A stretch of DNA of 64,000 nt, taken from assembly GCA_045636405.1 (NCBI GenBank), contig JAZTXL010000003.1:3021-67020 (forward strand), written 5' to 3'. The notes beneath the pieces were generated by a model that was not told where the DNA came from, did no database searches, and saw only the letters and a list, made by a program, of their open reading frames with translations. This DNA is from Alloprevotella sp. (GTDB lineage: Bacteria > Bacteroidota > Bacteroidia > Bacteroidales > Bacteroidaceae). Positions 62,901 through 64,000 of the stretch are shown piece by piece (position 1 is the stretch's first letter; every line of letters begins with the position of its first letter). The position numbers were made by a program, and so were the translations under genes.

Positions 62901-62937
62901 AAAAATCCCTCGGTCGCAACCGTTGTGCAACCGAGGG
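62901..62937 (-). terminator. Intrinsic terminator of rfbB
   Basis: CCCTCGGTTGC...GCGACCGAGGG stem with ATTTTT on the minus strand. Confidence 0.7.
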
Positions 62938-62974
62938 GTATGTTGTGTGTAAAGCGCCTTCGCTCCGAGGAGGC

Positions 62975-64000
62975 TTATCGCTTGCCGTACATCATTTCGT
63001 AGTAGAGCTGGTAGTCCTCACCGCTCACGGCTTCCACCCAGTCGCGGTTTTCAAGGTTCCAGCGGATGGTCTTCACGATGCCCTCTTCAAAGCAAGTCTC
63101 GGGATACCATCCGAGGTCGGCCTTGATTTTAGAAGGATCGATACCGTAGCGCAAATCGTGACCCAGGCGGTCGGCCACAAAGGTGATGAGGCTGTCGTTG
63201 ATCCACTCGATGTCTACCTCGCCGTTGGCGTCTTTCTCCTGGCGTTTGAGCATAGCTCTCCAAGCGGGGTTCTCCTTCATCAAGTCGTGGATGGTGCGGA
63301 TGATCACCTTTACAATCTGTATGTTCTGGCGCTCGTTGTGTCCGCCTACGTTGTAGATGCAGCCGTCGGCGCCTTGGCGGATGACCATATCAATGGCCTT
63401 GCAGTGGTCTTCCACGTAGAGCCAGTCGCGTACGTTGGTGCCTTGTCCGTAGACAGGTAAGCGCTTGCCTTCCAAAATGTTGTTGATGATCAGAGGAATG
63501 AGCTTTTCGGGGAACTGATAGGGACCGTAGTTGTTAGAGCAGCGTGTGATGGACACAGGCATCTTGAATGTGTCGCGATAGGCGCAGACGATGTGGTCGG
63601 CGCTGGTTTTGGATGCGCTGTAAGGGCTGTGGGGGCAGAGGGGAGTCTCCTCGGTGAAGAAACCATCCTCGCCCAGGCTGCCGTAAACTTCGTCGGTCGA
63701 CACTTGGTGGAAGCGCACTCCCTTGCGCCATGTGGGGTAGCCTTGCTCGTCGCGGCCGGTCACCCAGGCAGCGCGTGCAGAGTCCAAGAGGTTTTGCGTG
63801 CCCAAAATGTTGGTCTGCAAGAAGAGCTGTGGGTTTTCGATGCTGCGGTCCACGTGGCTCTCGGCTGCGAAGTTCACCACTACGTCAAATTTGTATTCGC
63901 CAAAGAGGCGGTCGGTCAGACTTCTGTCGCAGATATCACCGCGCACAAAGAAGCAACGCTCGTTGTCAATATCCTTGGCAATGGTGCCGAAATAGCCGGC
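62975..64000 (-). CDS. rfbB: dTDP-glucose 4,6-dehydratase (5'-truncated by window edge)
   Basis: Open frame to base 64000; VVNFAAESHVDRSI, QVSTDEVYG, YSASK, RCSNNYGPYQFPEKLIP, RDWLYVEDH, DRLGHDLRY. Confidence 0.97.
   Translation of the reverse strand, partial: AGYFGTIAKDIDNERCFFVRGDICDRSLTDRLFGEYKFDVVVNFAAESHVDRSIENPQLFLQTNILGTQNLLDSARAAWVTGRDEQGYPTWRKGVRFHQVSTDEVYGSLGEDGFFTEETPLCPHSPYSASKTSADHIVCAYRDTFKMPVSITRCSNNYGPYQFPEKLIPLIINNILEGKRLPVYGQGTNVRDWLYVEDHCKAIDMVIRQGADGCIYNVGGHNERQNIQIVKVIIRTIHDLMKENPAWRAMLKRQEKDANGEVDIEWINDSLITFVADRLGHDLRYGIDPSKIKADLGWYPETCFEEGIVKTIRWNLENRDWVEAVSGEDYQLYYEMMYGKR

Noticed and set aside
1-64000. rRNA/tRNA genes, transposases, integrases
   Set aside because: No T-loop/anticodon cloverleaf, rRNA signature, DDE/HUH or tyrosine-recombinase motif was seen in any frame of the ORF track or intergenic gap

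Overview
A 64-kb chromosomal window from a Bacteroidales bacterium, probably Prevotellaceae/Alloprevotella-like. The assignment rests on TAnnTTTG -7 promoter boxes in front of most transcription units, a SusC/SusD pair, T9SS-type C-terminal domains and Bacteroidetes-type housekeeping genes. It holds about 42 real CDS. Housekeeping genes are rsmI (partial), thrA, purF, radA, alaS, rplU-rpmA, menA and rfbB (partial). Transporters include two MATE pumps, a YidE/AspT type, YfcC and a Wzx flippase. A host-glycan foraging set comprises SusC-SusD, two large T9SS-secreted GH85 endo-beta-N-acetylglucosaminidases, and two multidomain GH20 hexosaminidases (one LRR-fused, one with MucBP-like repeats). There is also an orphan, apparently nuclease-dead HpaII-family protein and a ~4.1-kb low-GC island encoding an S74-chaperone/T9SS protein, a frameshifted papain-family protease and a third secreted protein. 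I saw no rRNA, tRNA, CRISPR array, integrase or transposase. The strongest non-coding signal is a system of modular intergenic repeats in most of the larger intergenic gaps: (i) four tandem arrays (17 units) of a 22-bp-period palindrome GTAAC-N7-GTTAC-N5; (ii) about nine 60-110-bp elements built from a CTAGGAAAAA motif, often at 21-bp spacing, including an 86-bp element with 17-bp terminal inverted repeats and a 111-bp exact duplicate 18.8 kb apart; (iii) a GGCTCGCAG hairpin family found only between convergent genes; (iv) two long loop-less perfect palindromes. PurF has lost every glutaminase catalytic residue. All calls come from reading the sequence and recalling family motifs; no database searches were run.
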